Positions 18,237 through 29,543 of a stretch of DNA of 64,000 nucleotides are shown one piece after another; position 1 is the stretch's first letter, and each line of letters opens with the position of its first letter. The position numbers and the translations under genes are program-made. The notes beneath the pieces are model-generated. The model worked only from the letters and a program-made list of their open reading frames with translations. It was not told the origin of the DNA and did not search any database. Source of the DNA: a virus; IMG/VR virus record IMGVR_UViG_3300042884_001120, positions 1 through 64,000 of that record; one strand, written 5' to 3'.

Positions 18237-18845
18237 TTATTGAGTAAGCGCAGTGTCCTGTGCGTTGCGTCCAATTTCGGAATGCCAAGTGACGGGCGGC
18301 ATAACCTTATACTTGGGAATTGATCCATCTTTCACAAAAGAGTCGTCGTGCCAGACGATTCGGTTGTTAGGCTGTGCGGCTATCTGGCCTGACCCATCTG
18401 CCAGTAGCAGGAGATGATAGCATTTATGCTCTGATGGATACTGGCTGAATCCATTGTCGGTGTGATCCAAGGTGAACCAATAGCTGGCCGGAACCCTGTT
18501 GCCATCTCGGTCAAGGTAATGGCATGACATCTCGCGCAAATACTCGTATCTGCACACTGCGAAATCCCAGCCATGGCAATCCCACATTTGCAGGTGTGTG
18601 ATTGGGTGAGGTTCTACGCCGTTCTCTGGCTCTTCGTGGTATAACTTGTGCAATGGTATCCTCGCCCATTGTGCGCCTGATTCGCATAGGATGGAGAAGT
18701 GCAATGCTCTAGATGGAATGCTAGTGACCCCGATTATCACGCATGGCTCTAGGCCTTTGCGTCCATCCAGCCCATGCAGTATGTCTGCGGCGACATATCC
18801 GTACAGGTGTTGAGGAGTAGAAGCGTTTAGGCAATAGTGTGACAT
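18237..18845 (-). CDS. Hypothetical phage protein, GC-rich insert
   Basis: 202 aa; LQMWDC, EHK, GQIAAQPNNRI; visibly higher GC than neighbours. Confidence 0.7.
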   Translation of the reverse strand: MSHYCLNASTPQHLYGYVAADILHGLDGRKGLEPCVIIGVTSIPSRALHFSILCESGAQWARIPLHKLYHEEPENGVEPHPITHLQMWDCHGWDFAVCRYEYLREMSCHYLDRDGNRVPASYWFTLDHTDNGFSQYPSEHKCYHLLLLADGSGQIAAQPNNRIVWHDDSFVKDGSIPKYKVMPPVTWHSEIGRNAQDTALTQ

Positions 18846-18952
18846 TTTAAAAAAAGAAGTACTTTATTAAGGTAAAAAGTCCGTACCAAATAATTAACCC
18901 AAATACAGCGCTAATTAAATAGGGCCAAAATGGGTTGTTATTTTTATTCATA

Positions 18953-19585
18953 TTATGCAATATTTCTAATAACCCAAATTTGAAGCTTTTGAATTTTTTG
19001 TGCAATCCAGTAGAGACCTTTTGAAACAACTCTACTCCAGAAAATTGTCCAATAACCAAAAGTAATTTTATTTAGAGCTCTTTTAGTCCGCGTCCAAGGA
19101 TGCGCCTCATGTGCGGCGAGTTGGTCTTTCCAATGCTTTTCTCTTGCGGCATTCTCTTCTGCCGTACTTGAGATTTCTCCTTTTGCTAGTTTAATATTGG
19201 TAAGTTTCCCAGTATTAAAAACGGCATCAAATTCGATATCCCAAGTATTACCATCTGCATCATCTTTATAATGATAAAAATTAATAGTGCCATGATATGG
19301 TACTTTTACGGTCTCTCGGCCAGACTCAACAAATTCATAGGGCCATACCCACCTCTTGCTCTTTCGGGCCTTCTTTTCGTCTTCCTCTGTCATGGTTCTA
19401 ACCATCTCTCCATCAACTTTATCAAAGTAAAGTCCAGTACCCTTAATGGTGTAAGTGGTCATGGTGTTTTCTATATCCTTTGTTTGAAAGCCCTCTTTAG
19501 ACCAATCGGTATCAGGAAAAGCCTTTTTGAGTTCTTTGTTTAGTGGAAGCTTGCGCTTAATAAGAATTGTGTCGAACATGCCCAT
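18953..19585 (-). CDS. Phage hypothetical protein (MGMFD...QTKD type)
   Basis: Start moved to MGMFDT behind a TTGACA promoter. Confidence 0.7.
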   Translation of the reverse strand: MGMFDTILIKRKLPLNKELKKAFPDTDWSKEGFQTKDIENTMTTYTIKGTGLYFDKVDGEMVRTMTEEDEKKARKSKRWVWPYEFVESGRETVKVPYHGTINFYHYKDDADGNTWDIEFDAVFNTGKLTNIKLAKGEISSTAEENAAREKHWKDQLAAHEAHPWTRTKRALNKITFGYWTIFWSRVVSKGLYWIAQKIQKLQIWVIRNIA

Positions 19586-19616
19586 ATTTTTATTATTGTT
19601 TATTTTTGTTTTTATG

Positions 19617-20171
19617 TCAATTAATTTTTTTAAATTCTTTTTCAAGATATAAAGACATGCTTTCGTTATCAAAAAGCGCGCTTTGTAATTTAATAGCAAC
19701 GCCACCGGCCTCTGTCCAGCTATCTATATATGGTTGAAAGTCATCTATTAAAACATTTTTAGAGCCGTCGTTATTTAAGGCGTATTTTGATTTTTTATCT
19801 GGAAAAACTGCGCCCTTGAAGTATTTGGAATATTTTGGAACAATGTGTTTATCTATCCATTCTAATTTGCCTTCTATACATTGGTCTACTGACATTTTAG
19901 ATGGGTGGGAGCAAATGTAAAAACCCCCAAATTTTTCAATTACTTTATTTATTAAAGTGTCGTTAGTACTATATGGTTCAAGATTGGCAAATAAACTTTT
20001 TGGCGTACCTAGTTTTTGATAAAACAAATCCTTATCAACCCAAACGCTTTTAATTTTCAGTTTTTCTGAATCTGTTGCGTCAATATAATTTTTATTAATA
20101 ATTTTATTAGAAATAAAATCAAATAGATTAGCAAGCAAACCATCCATATCAAGATAACATTTGGTCTGCAT
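19617..20171 (-). CDS. 5'(3')-deoxyribonucleotidase (NT5C, HAD)
   Basis: YLDMDGLL, GKLEWI, VLIDD, W..AGG. Confidence 0.85.
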   Translation of the reverse strand: MQTKCYLDMDGLLANLFDFISNKIINKNYIDATDSEKLKIKSVWVDKDLFYQKLGTPKSLFANLEPYSTNDTLINKVIEKFGGFYICSHPSKMSVDQCIEGKLEWIDKHIVPKYSKYFKGAVFPDKKSKYALNNDGSKNVLIDDFQPYIDSWTEAGGVAIKLQSALFDNESMSLYLEKEFKKIN

Positions 20172-20202
20172 TTTATGATAATAATATATTTAGGAAAATA
20201 TG

Positions 20203-20880
20203 TCAAGCATTATTGTGATGATCTGGACAACTTTGTGTTCTCTTTCTCATCTCGGCCCTCAGTTCACCAAATGTAATAGGACTAGGGCAATTCTCAACAG
20301 AAACTTCATAGTTCAATCCTGTCTTTAGATACATCCTTCCAAGTTCTGATCTATTGAGATTACCGTGAACGTGCGCGAAAAGATGGTATGCCCCCTTGCC
20401 TGCTCCATTCCAAGACAGTATAGGAAAATGACTTAGAACAATAGGCTGACCATTCACAAACGTCTCTAGATAGTTAGGGACAAATATAATTTCCCTTTTA
20501 TCATTATGATCCCAAATATTGCTCATGTAGAAAGTATTGTTCTCGCACCTGTCTAAAATCTGCTTGTAGCCAGCCTGATGATTGCCGGGCAGTACATACA
20601 GGGTCTTATACTCTAGCCTCTGAAAAAGTTCTAGTAGTCTCTCATCGGCATTATGCCCAAAAATCGTATCACCGAGAAGAAACCCTATAGTGTTTTTATT
20701 TGCCTTTTTATTCCAATTCTCTATTAGTCCCTCGTCATGCTCTCTGGAACTATTATAACCCCTTGTCTTCCAGATAGGGACATCCCACTTGGGATCATGT
20801 CCATAGTGCATACAGCCCCAAAACAGAACGTCATGGTCTGTACTTGAAATTTTAACAGGCTTGTAAAATAAATCTTTCAT
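20203..20880 (-). CDS. Metallophosphoesterase (variant first motif GCMH)
   Basis: LLGD, PGNH, SHFP, AHVH. Confidence 0.8.
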   Translation of the reverse strand: MKDLFYKPVKISSTDHDVLFWGCMHYGHDPKWDVPIWKTRGYNSSREHDEGLIENWNKKANKNTIGFLLGDTIFGHNADERLLELFQRLEYKTLYVLPGNHQAGYKQILDRCENNTFYMSNIWDHNDKREIIFVPNYLETFVNGQPIVLSHFPILSWNGAGKGAYHLFAHVHGNLNRSELGRMYLKTGLNYEVSVENCPSPITFGELRAEMRKRTQSCPDHHNNA

Positions 20881-20923
20881 AATCTCTAAAGTATATAGAG
20901 ATTTTTATAGCTGGGCAAGAAAA

Positions 20924-23402
20924 TTACCTAGGAATTATAACAGCTTCACAATCTGCTTTCTCTGTGTCAGTTACATGATGAACTTCATGCTTTCCATAAT
21001 ACCAATGTTCATGGACATTTAGTCTAATAGGAGTCTGATAAGGCTTTTCTGGAGCATCAATTCCCCCTTCATAGCCTTGTACCATAACAAGCATCTCGGG
21101 ATCAAACTGCTGTAGCATTTCAATTAGTTGTTTTACTTTCATATTTTAATATTACATGAGAAGAGTAACACTTGTCAAGATATTTAAACTCGTATACATC
21201 TTGACCAAATAAATCTTCAGAGATGCCAATGAATTCTGTTTTAGATACAGGAACCCATTCGCCTTCTACTAATACATGGGGCGTTTGTTCGTCGTTCATA
21301 TATTCCAAGTTGTTGTTCCTCCATGATGACCGCAAGTCTCACAGTAGCCTTTATCTGATTCATAATCATCATACTGAAAACATTCCACTAAACTTTTAAA
21401 ATCACAAGTACCTCTTTTAATTTCTTTTTTAAGTTTTAATAAAAGATAATCAAGAAGTTCGTCATCTTCTTCGGGTTGCTTAACGCCCTCATCTACCTCC
21501 CCACTTCTCCATACACCATTGATACTAAACCCCCAATTATAACAGGACATCTCATCATAGACTATTTTATATTTTGGCCTATCATCTTCTAAATCTTCTT
21601 TAAAATCACTCATATTTTTCTCCAGTATAGTATTTGTAGATTCTCTTCAATGCTTTAAGATCCTTTGTATTCTCTTTAATGTCTTCAATGATATAAGGTC
21701 TTGGATTCTTTATCTTTTTGAGATCTTTAGTGTTATTTGAAAGTATCTCAATAGTCTCAGCCAATGACTTGGCAAATGCCAAGTCTAAATGCTCATCATT
21801 AATTTCTATTTGCATAGTCTTATTCTAAATGAATTAGTACGATTTGTCAACTGGATACCATAGAACTTTACCCCATTGGTCAACCTTGAAGGTATTGCCG
21901 AGTTTGTCCCGCAAAACGGTTGTATCTTCGGTTGTTTCGATGATAATACAACCTAGTTCTAAAAGGAATTTGACTTTCTTTTCTTTCATGATTTTATTCC
22001 ACATGCTCTAAGAGGAGATGTCAAGAAAATCTTACCAGCCATAAGCTGTTCCTTGCTGGCCCCACCAGCTACCACCATTCACTATACCACGTTGATGAAC
22101 ATAACGAGGCCCATTGTAGATATGTCTATCTGGATCAATCTTAGCCTCTTTAACAATCTTTCCATCTGGTGCCCTACAAATGCCTTTGCTATCAACCTTA
22201 TAAACAGTTGCACAACCCGTGAGAGCTAAGACGAACAATAATGCAATTTTCATAATCTTATTCTATATGCTTTAGGAGGATGTGTCAATCTTATTTTCTT
22301 TCATTTCATTCCAAAAGAACTCATCTAAAGACTCTGCTTCATCAGCTGTCATTGGTCTTATTCCTTCAACAAAGTCATTATAGGTTTTATTAGATAACCA
22401 CTTCTCTGGCTTCTCTGTATACTGTGCTTCTTCTCCTAATAGAGAATAGTAAGCCAATTCCAATCCAATAAGCATACCATACATATACTCATCATAGTTA
22501 TAGTTACCATTCTGCTTTTGGATGTCAATGAGACCTTTGATTTTGTCTGCTGCTTCTTTCATATTAGTCTCTATTAAAGTCATTGAAGATAGCTTTCCAT
22601 TCATTAAGAAGATACTCTCTAATTGGATTATCTTGGTACATTACATCAATATCTTTTACAATTCTATCAAAATTCTTTACCATTTGCTCACCTTTCCTCT
22701 TATACAGATTTGCTACATCTTCCCAATCAACATATTCGTTTGGTACTGGAATTACCATATCCTTATCACAATGAACACAAGTACAATGTACTCTCTGACC
22801 TATAACAGGTGCAAACTCTAAAGTTTCTTCATCCAAAAATGGATTAGCAAATATTGTTTTGTGTTGCATATTATTAGACAGGGTAACCTAAATCATCATA
22901 TCTAGGTGGTAGTATATTCTCTTTTGGTATATATGACGAATAACTCACAGATACATGTTTATGTACATTAAATTGTTTTCCACACTCATTACACTGAAGC
23001 CCTCTAAAGAAATCATCATCTGGATTGTAAAAGATTTCATATGACATTTGAAACTCATAACCACAATGAGGACAAACTATTTCATCTGTATAAGAGCAAT
23101 CAATTTCTTTTTTCATATTAATTAAAAATTACTTCTCCCTCATATACTACTTTCCAAGGTTCTAATTCAAAATCTCTTTCTACTTGAATTACACATCCAG
23201 CAATTTCTAGAAATGTTTCACCCATAGTTCTCATATGCTCTGGCATAACAAGAATTTGATCCAAAGCTCTGAGTCCACATTTAATAGTAATCTCTGCTTT
23301 CTTCTCTTGAATTAAAAGTTCTAAAAGAGCTTCTCTAATTGCTAATCTCTTTGATGCAGCAACATCTTCTGGTGATGGTTTGGGTATATAAACAGACATC
23401 AT
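20924..23402 (-). other. Run of small hypothetical CDS incl. lipoprotein 22032..22253 and Zn-ribbon protein 22874..23116
   Basis: Co-oriented ORFs; LALTGC lipobox; CPHCG...CNECG. Confidence 0.7.
22254..22288 (-). promoter_or_regulatory. Type-A repeated sigma70 promoter
   Basis: TTGACA-CATCCTCCTAAAGCATA-TAGAAT-AAGATT-ATG. Confidence 0.8.
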
Positions 23403-23403
23403 A

Positions 23404-23814
23404 TTATTTTAAAAGTTCTGGATTCTCAAAGATGTTACCAATTACTACTATTGCAGGTTTGTTGTTTAATTTTTCAATTATATTACTTTTTGCAGTAATA
23501 TCAATAAAACACTCATATGTTAGACCACCCCAATTAACAATAAAACTACCATTCAAAAATTCTACAACCCCATTACAGTCTTCCATATTACCATCATTTG
23601 ATATATAACGAACAATATCCCCCTCATAGATCTCAACACCATTTTTATCTTTAACACCAGTGTATTGTTGCATTACATAGTTATCATCAAGTGCATTTCC
23701 TCCATGAATATACCACTTACAATCAACATAAATGATATCATTGTCTATATCAATTTTATGCAAAAATCCTTTTCTTTCTGTATCCCAAACTCTGAATTTA
23801 AATTCTCTGTTCAT
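23404..23814 (-). CDS. YopX family protein
   Basis: REFKFRVWD, QYTGVKDKNGVEIYEGDI, VIGNIFENPELL. Confidence 0.9.
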   Translation of the reverse strand: MNREFKFRVWDTERKGFLHKIDIDNDIIYVDCKWYIHGGNALDDNYVMQQYTGVKDKNGVEIYEGDIVRYISNDGNMEDCNGVVEFLNGSFIVNWGGLTYECFIDITAKSNIIEKLNNKPAIVVIGNIFENPELLK

Positions 23815-23815
23815 A

Positions 23816-24178
23816 TTATTTTAAAAGTTCTCTGTGCTCAAAGATGTTGCCAATGACTTCAAAATCAGGACAGACTTCATCTAATAAGTCATCAGTTTGA
23901 TTTCTCCAATCAATAATAAAGCTACTGGCAAAATAATCTACAATCCCAACCCTATTTTTAATACCATAGTGTATTTCACAGAAAATAATATCTCCCTCAT
24001 AAATCTCAACACCATTCTTATCTTCAAGACCAGTGTATTGCTGCCAAACCATATCATCATACAGTCCTTTATACTCTGGCATTTTACTTAGCTTCAAACA
24101 GCCATAAACATTTTCAGGATCATACCAATACCTATTAACATCCTTCGACCACATTCTGAATTTAATTTCTCTTTGCAT
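23816..24178 (-). CDS. YopX family protein (tandem paralog)
   Basis: MQREIKFR, QYTGLEDKNGVEIYEGDI, VIGNIFE. Confidence 0.9.
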   Translation of the reverse strand: MQREIKFRMWSKDVNRYWYDPENVYGCLKLSKMPEYKGLYDDMVWQQYTGLEDKNGVEIYEGDIIFCEIHYGIKNRVGIVDYFASSFIIDWRNQTDDLLDEVCPDFEVIGNIFEHRELLK

Positions 24179-24267
24179 ATTATTTAAAAGTAAAGTTTGC
24201 AACCATAGCACCAATTATAACAATTGCTAAAATAGCTATCAACCTAATTGTATTAGAATCATCCATG

Positions 24268-27080
24268 TTAATCTTCTCTTGGATCAAATTGTTCTTTGTA
24301 CTCTTTAATTGCTTCACTCTTAATCTCTTCAATCCTCTGATTAAAAACATTCAAGAGGTAATTCATAAAGATTTTTGCTGAATCTTCCATATCACCTTCA
24401 AACTTCAGCTTATCTTCATTAAAATCTAAACAACCACTTACTTTAGTTCCATTGTCGAAGATAAACTTAATAGTATAATCTGGTTTAAAAAAAGATACAT
24501 CATCACCACAAGTAATTTTACTCCAATCTATTGTATCAATTTTTAGTTCTTCGTTCATATTATTCAACAGTTATAGTTTCATTAAGTTTACTTTTTAACT
24601 ATTTTTACAACCAGAAAAGCTAATCCTAATATACCAAAGAATGTACAGTTGTTAATTATTACCTTAATTAATAGTAAAGCATCTTCGTGTGTCATATTAT
24701 CCCACTTTAAAGAAGTGTAATCCAAGATTACCAATGTTGCATTGTCTGGCAACAAATCTTGTAATCTTTTTAAGATCAGAATCATATGAGTTATTGAACT
24801 CATAGTTATGTGTACCAAAGAATCTAATAAAAGGTCTCCATGAGACTCTAAATGTATACTTGGTATTGAATATAACTGTGCTATAATCTATTAAGAATGT
24901 TTCTTCCATATTATTTCCTAATATAACACCAAATTGTAGCCAAGTCAATAACAAAAAGCAGAATGACCATAAAGAACATAATCATAGATTCTCTTGTTAA
25001 TTTCTTAATATGATTAAAGTGTCTCTCATTGATCATATTTTGAGCAGATTTGAATACATCTAGGTTGAGCTTATTATTATCAATTCTCTTATTATGACTA
25101 TAGAGCTTGTCTTCTACTACATCTTTATTCTGTTCAATATTATGTTCAAGATCCTTAATTTCAGCAAATCTATTTACATTTTGTTTATTAAGCTCATCAA
25201 TTTTCTGTCCATGTTCAAAGGTGAGATTAATAGTACTATGCAAAGCCTTTTCTGTCTTTTCAAACCTCTCTTCAAGTCCTTCTACATTCTCTTTTGGTAC
25301 TTTAGCTGATCCAATTACATTAGAAATAGTAGAAGTTGGTTCATTAAAGGAACTCAGAGTAACACCATTTCCTTTTTCATAATTGTATTTCACAGCAGGG
25401 TTGTTGAATATGCTCATATTATTTGTTTCTCATTTTATGAAGCTTTTCTTGAAGCTCAAGTCTCTTCTCATAGCTTCCATTATAAAACATTTCTTCAATA
25501 CACAAATCAGTAAAATTATAAGCTTCCTCTAAATCTTCTTGTAGTTTTTCAATCTTCTTAACTCCAATATTAAGCCACTGTTCTAGTTCTTCCTTTAGCC
25601 TTTGATTCTCTTTTAAGATCTTTTCAGATGGTAAAGCATCAGAAGCAAAAGCTAACTCAATAGCCTTTTTGTACCTGTTCTCCAAATCTCTAAAATCCTT
25701 TAAAGACACAACAAAAGCTGATTTCTCAAAATCATTTGCTTCTTTATATTCAATATCACTTTCCATATTTCTCCAATGCTCTGTTATAAGCTCTGTCATA
25801 AGCATCCCCAATAGGATCAATTACAACATCACCAGTTTCATCCCTACCTACTCCATTACTCTTCAATAGTTTAAGAAGCTCATCAATAATCATTTCATTA
25901 TAATAAACTTCTTTTGCATAATACTCACCATATTTGCAACCATGATTAAGAAGACACTGTTCAATAGGACAACATCCTTCCTCACCACAGCTTTTACATT
26001 TCTTACAATAAGGACTATCAAAATAATCTCTTTTCCAATCTATAAATTGTTGCCAAAGATTTATCATATTAGTCTTTATTTGGAATGTATGGACCTGTAG
26101 GAACTTTCTTAAATGATTTGATCTCTACATTATAGTCAATATCATAGTCCTTATAGGTCTCTGGATCTTTGATATAATAAGCTCCACCAGAGGTTTGTGC
26201 AAGGAATAAGAACTTCCAATACACCTGAGTCTTTAGAGCATAGACAATAGATTCATTACCAGACCAACCACCTGTAGCAATCTTCAGCCATCCATTCTTT
26301 CTATTCCAGACTCCATATCCTCTTTGATATGCCTTCTCAGCAAACTTCAAGCAATTTACAAAATCATTCACAGGCCATTTCTCAATAGCCTCAATAGTAT
26401 CATCAGATGGATAACCATCAATATCAAAGGTTGGTTCTTTCATATTACCAGCCCTCCTCTTTCTTTCTTGGTGCTGTTACCCATACACCAAGATATGAGT
26501 TTTCTTCGTTTATCGCAAGTTCATATTTGTCACCTTTAGGTAGAGTCTTCCACTTTTTATCAATCAGATCATAACACTCTTGATATTTCTTGTCACAAAA
26601 GAGATCATACATTTTTGTTCTGATATTGTTTGGTACTCTAAAGAACTTCCTAGTACTAAATCCCTCTACAACTGGATTAGGAACATCTGAATAACTTCCC
26701 CAAGTTGTATCAAAATCTCTTCCAGAACCAGAATAACCATCATTTCTCTCATAAGCCATATATTGTCTAAGAGTCTTTGAGATCATATAGGCTTCTTCAC
26801 CACCATGTCCATACTGACCAATACCCCAAGCTGCATTAGGACTATTAAGGTCTTTGAAGTATACAGATCTAATAAGCTTCTCAATATCCTTATTGTCATC
26901 ATAGTGATGATAGTTTTCATCCTTTAACATCTTAGACTGCTTATCAGAATAGACTTCATCCATAGCCATATCAATCTGACCACTACGAAGTCTCATGTAA
27001 CATTCCAATGCTCTATTGATCACTGGTAAATGTCTTTCATCAAAGGTTATAGTTACCTTCTTAAATTTTTTATTCTTCAT
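24268..27080 (-). other. Run of small hypothetical CDS (incl. 24911..25417, 25756..26067, 26069..26443, 26445..27080)
   Basis: Co-oriented ORFs; 26069..26443 has ATGGWSGNE motif. Confidence 0.7.
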
Positions 27081-27115
27081 ACTCTTAGTATATAGGAATT
27101 TTTAGGACACTTCAA
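27081..27115 (-). promoter_or_regulatory. Type-B repeated sigma70 promoter
   Basis: TTGAAG-TGTCCTAAAAATTCCTA-TATACT-AAGAGT-ATG; copies at ~27850-27879 and 29053-29081. Confidence 0.75.
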
Positions 27116-27121
27116 GCCTTA

Positions 27122-27460
27122 TTAGCTTTCACCTAAAGTATTCTTCAATCTAAGAACAAAATCCTTTATGTTTAACATCTGATAATCATCATAAGTCATA
27201 TAGCTGTCTCCAAATTCATCAACGCTAATATCAGCTAAAATATGCTTTTTACCATTTGTTGTTACAAATTCTTCAATTACAAATTCCTCATCATTAATCT
27301 CGAAAGAATATTCTATAGAGTGTTTAATAGCTCCTTTTGTATAATTTTTATCATTCTTCTCATACTTTACCCCATTCCTATCAAGTAAAGATAATACCAT
27401 CTGTACAATATTGCCTTCAACATTCTCCATAATATTTTCAACCAGTTTATCGAATTTCAT
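27122..27460 (-). CDS. Putative internal head protein (MKFDKLVENIME leader)
   Basis: N-terminal motif; TTAAATA upstream. Confidence 0.4.
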   Translation of the reverse strand: MKFDKLVENIMENVEGNIVQMVLSLLDRNGVKYEKNDKNYTKGAIKHSIEYSFEINDEEFVIEEFVTTNGKKHILADISVDEFGDSYMTYDDYQMLNIKDFVLRLKNTLGES

Positions 27461-27485
27461 ATTATTATTTAATATATATTAACTC

Positions 27486-28639
27486 TTAAATTGAATTCAA
27501 AATCTCATCAAGTTCAGCTTCCATATCCTCCTCATACCCTTCATACTTTATACTGTTGATTGTGATAGGTGCATCATAAACACAATCCTTAACAGCCTCT
27601 CTACAAGCCCTAAAGATATGCTTATTAAGTGCTGAACCCTTCAGATCATCTTCGACATTAATAATTGTATCGAAGTCAATAATCATCCTCCCCCTTACTT
27701 CAATATCTTTCATATAAGAGATCGAAACAAGACAGACATATGCTCTTCCTGAAGCTCAACAGTAACAGGCTGACGAACTTTCTTCTTATAATTCTTTACA
27801 GCCTTCTTAGGGTTCTTTTTAGCTTGTGCTTTTGTAGTCATTATGTTTTTATAATATATGAATTTTTAGGACACTTCAAGCTTTTTCAAAACAAGATCTG
27901 GAATGCTCTTACCAATGTCCTCTACAGAACCATTCTTCATAATGTATTCTGAGACCTTACCCCACTGATTCAGAACTACTAGAGCTTCTTCCTTCCATTG
28001 TCTTAACTGCTTATTAATATCCCTTAGGTCATTAATCTCCCTCTCATCCTCTTGAGTTTTGACCCACAGAGCATCTCTCTCCAGCTTTACTTGTTCTAGC
28101 TCTTCAGCAGTATCCCTTAATTGATAGATCTCCCTAAATATATCAAACTCGAATTCCTTCTCATCAATATCATCATCCATATTCTTTATAGTCTCTGCTC
28201 CTCTAAGGATTTGATTTATTTTATCTTGGTATCCAATCATATTAAAGATGCTTAAAACAAATTACTTCACCAGAGATCAGATAATAGACATAGAGTGCTG
28301 CAATAGTTGTAATGACTGTATAAAAAAGGTACTTAAGTTGTTTCATAATCTTATTCTATATGCTTTAGGAGGAGGTGTCAATTAAAAAGGTGGTTGGTTG
28401 TTTTTGTACTTCATTCTCCAGTACCAATAAGGAAATGGTGTACTGTACCAAAGACTAATCCACATCCTCCTAAAGCTCTTATGCCATCTCTCTTCTTTAG
28501 CAAAATGCATTCCACACTCAGTATACCAACAGGCAAGATGGTGTAAAGCCTTCTTGGGATCTTTTGCCCACTCTTCTGTATAGATACCAGTGGTCATCAG
28601 CTCTTCAATGATTGCTTCTTTCCAGATATTCTTAGCCAT
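27486..28639 (-). other. Small hypothetical CDS (27486..27713, 27710..27841, 27866..28240, ~28242..28346, 28382..28639)
   Basis: ORF track plus manual short ORFs behind promoter repeats. Confidence 0.6.
28347..28381 (-). promoter_or_regulatory. Type-A repeated sigma70 promoter
   Basis: TTGACA-CCTCCTCCTAAAGCATA-TAGAAT-AAGATT-ATG. Confidence 0.8.
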
Positions 28640-28651
28640 ATATAAAGGAGT

Positions 28652-29044
28652 TTACTTCTTCCTATTAGCTTCTAGGATAGGAAGGTTAGCTTCTGTAGGA
28701 ATATAGATTACCTGATTCTTTGTGTTCTCAAGATTATTAACAAAAAGGTAGCGAAGATATTCCTCATTGTTTTTCAGAGACTCACCAATGATCTTGTTAG
28801 CCTCTGCAACCCCCCTCGCCCTTTCAATCTCTGCCTTTGCTAGCAAAGATGCACTCTCCATCTTAGCCTTTGCCTCAGCAACAGCTACCTCTCGGGAGGA
28901 TTGAGCATGGGCAAGGATTGCCTCACCTTCCATCTTCTTTGAATAGACATCATACTTTGGGCATCCCCACATTCCAAGGGTAATAACTCCAATGAAGAGA
29001 ATTGCTACAAGTGTTGTTAATGATACTGCTGTTGTTGTTTTCAT
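28652..29044 (-). CDS. SPFH/band-7 C-terminal-like membrane protein
   Basis: TM then AEIERARGVAEANKIIGESL...YLRY...IYIPTEANLPILEA. Confidence 0.75.
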   Translation of the reverse strand: MKTTTAVSLTTLVAILFIGVITLGMWGCPKYDVYSKKMEGEAILAHAQSSREVAVAEAKAKMESASLLAKAEIERARGVAEANKIIGESLKNNEEYLRYLFVNNLENTKNQVIYIPTEANLPILEANRKK

Positions 29045-29083
29045 ATTTTTATATATTAAAGGAATTTTTAGGACACTTCAAGC

Positions 29084-29506
29084 CTAAACTTTGATTTTAT
29101 CCATTCTATCTGCGACAACATTATTTGTTCCAGAGAATCCATGATCAACAAGTAAACAGGGAATATCATTCATTATACAAGCTGTACAGACTTCTACCTG
29201 ATCATCAATCATCAAAGTACAATTGAGCTTCTTTAGAACAGGAATTTTTGATCTTCCTGATGTACTATGAATAGCCTTAATAGGTAGATTGTGCTTTTTT
29301 ACAAAATCTTCTACTTCTGGAATATCTTCTTCTTTTCTATACGTAACCACATGTATATCAAACCCCTCTCTATCCTTCTCTAGGACCATATCAACAATCT
29401 TTTGAATAGGCTTTAGAACACCTGTACCTACAGCAATCCATCCTCCTGACACTTCTTCAATGGCTAAAGTGTAGTCAAAATCGAATGCTATAACTGGCCT
29501 GTTCAT
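29084..29506 (-). CDS. HAD-family hydrolase
   Basis: AFDFDYTL, VVTYR, MIDD. Confidence 0.75.
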   Translation of the reverse strand: MNRPVIAFDFDYTLAIEEVSGGWIAVGTGVLKPIQKIVDMVLEKDREGFDIHVVTYRKEEDIPEVEDFVKKHNLPIKAIHSTSGRSKIPVLKKLNCTLMIDDQVEVCTACIMNDIPCLLVDHGFSGTNNVVADRMDKIKV

Positions 29507-29543
29507 CTGTCTATAATAGAGACTCTTAAGGGATTAGTCAAGC

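Noticed and set aside
23600-24045. Similar ~55-bp segments as a DGR template/variable pair
   Set aside because: They are the conserved YopX motif in tandem paralogs; no reverse transcriptase in the window.
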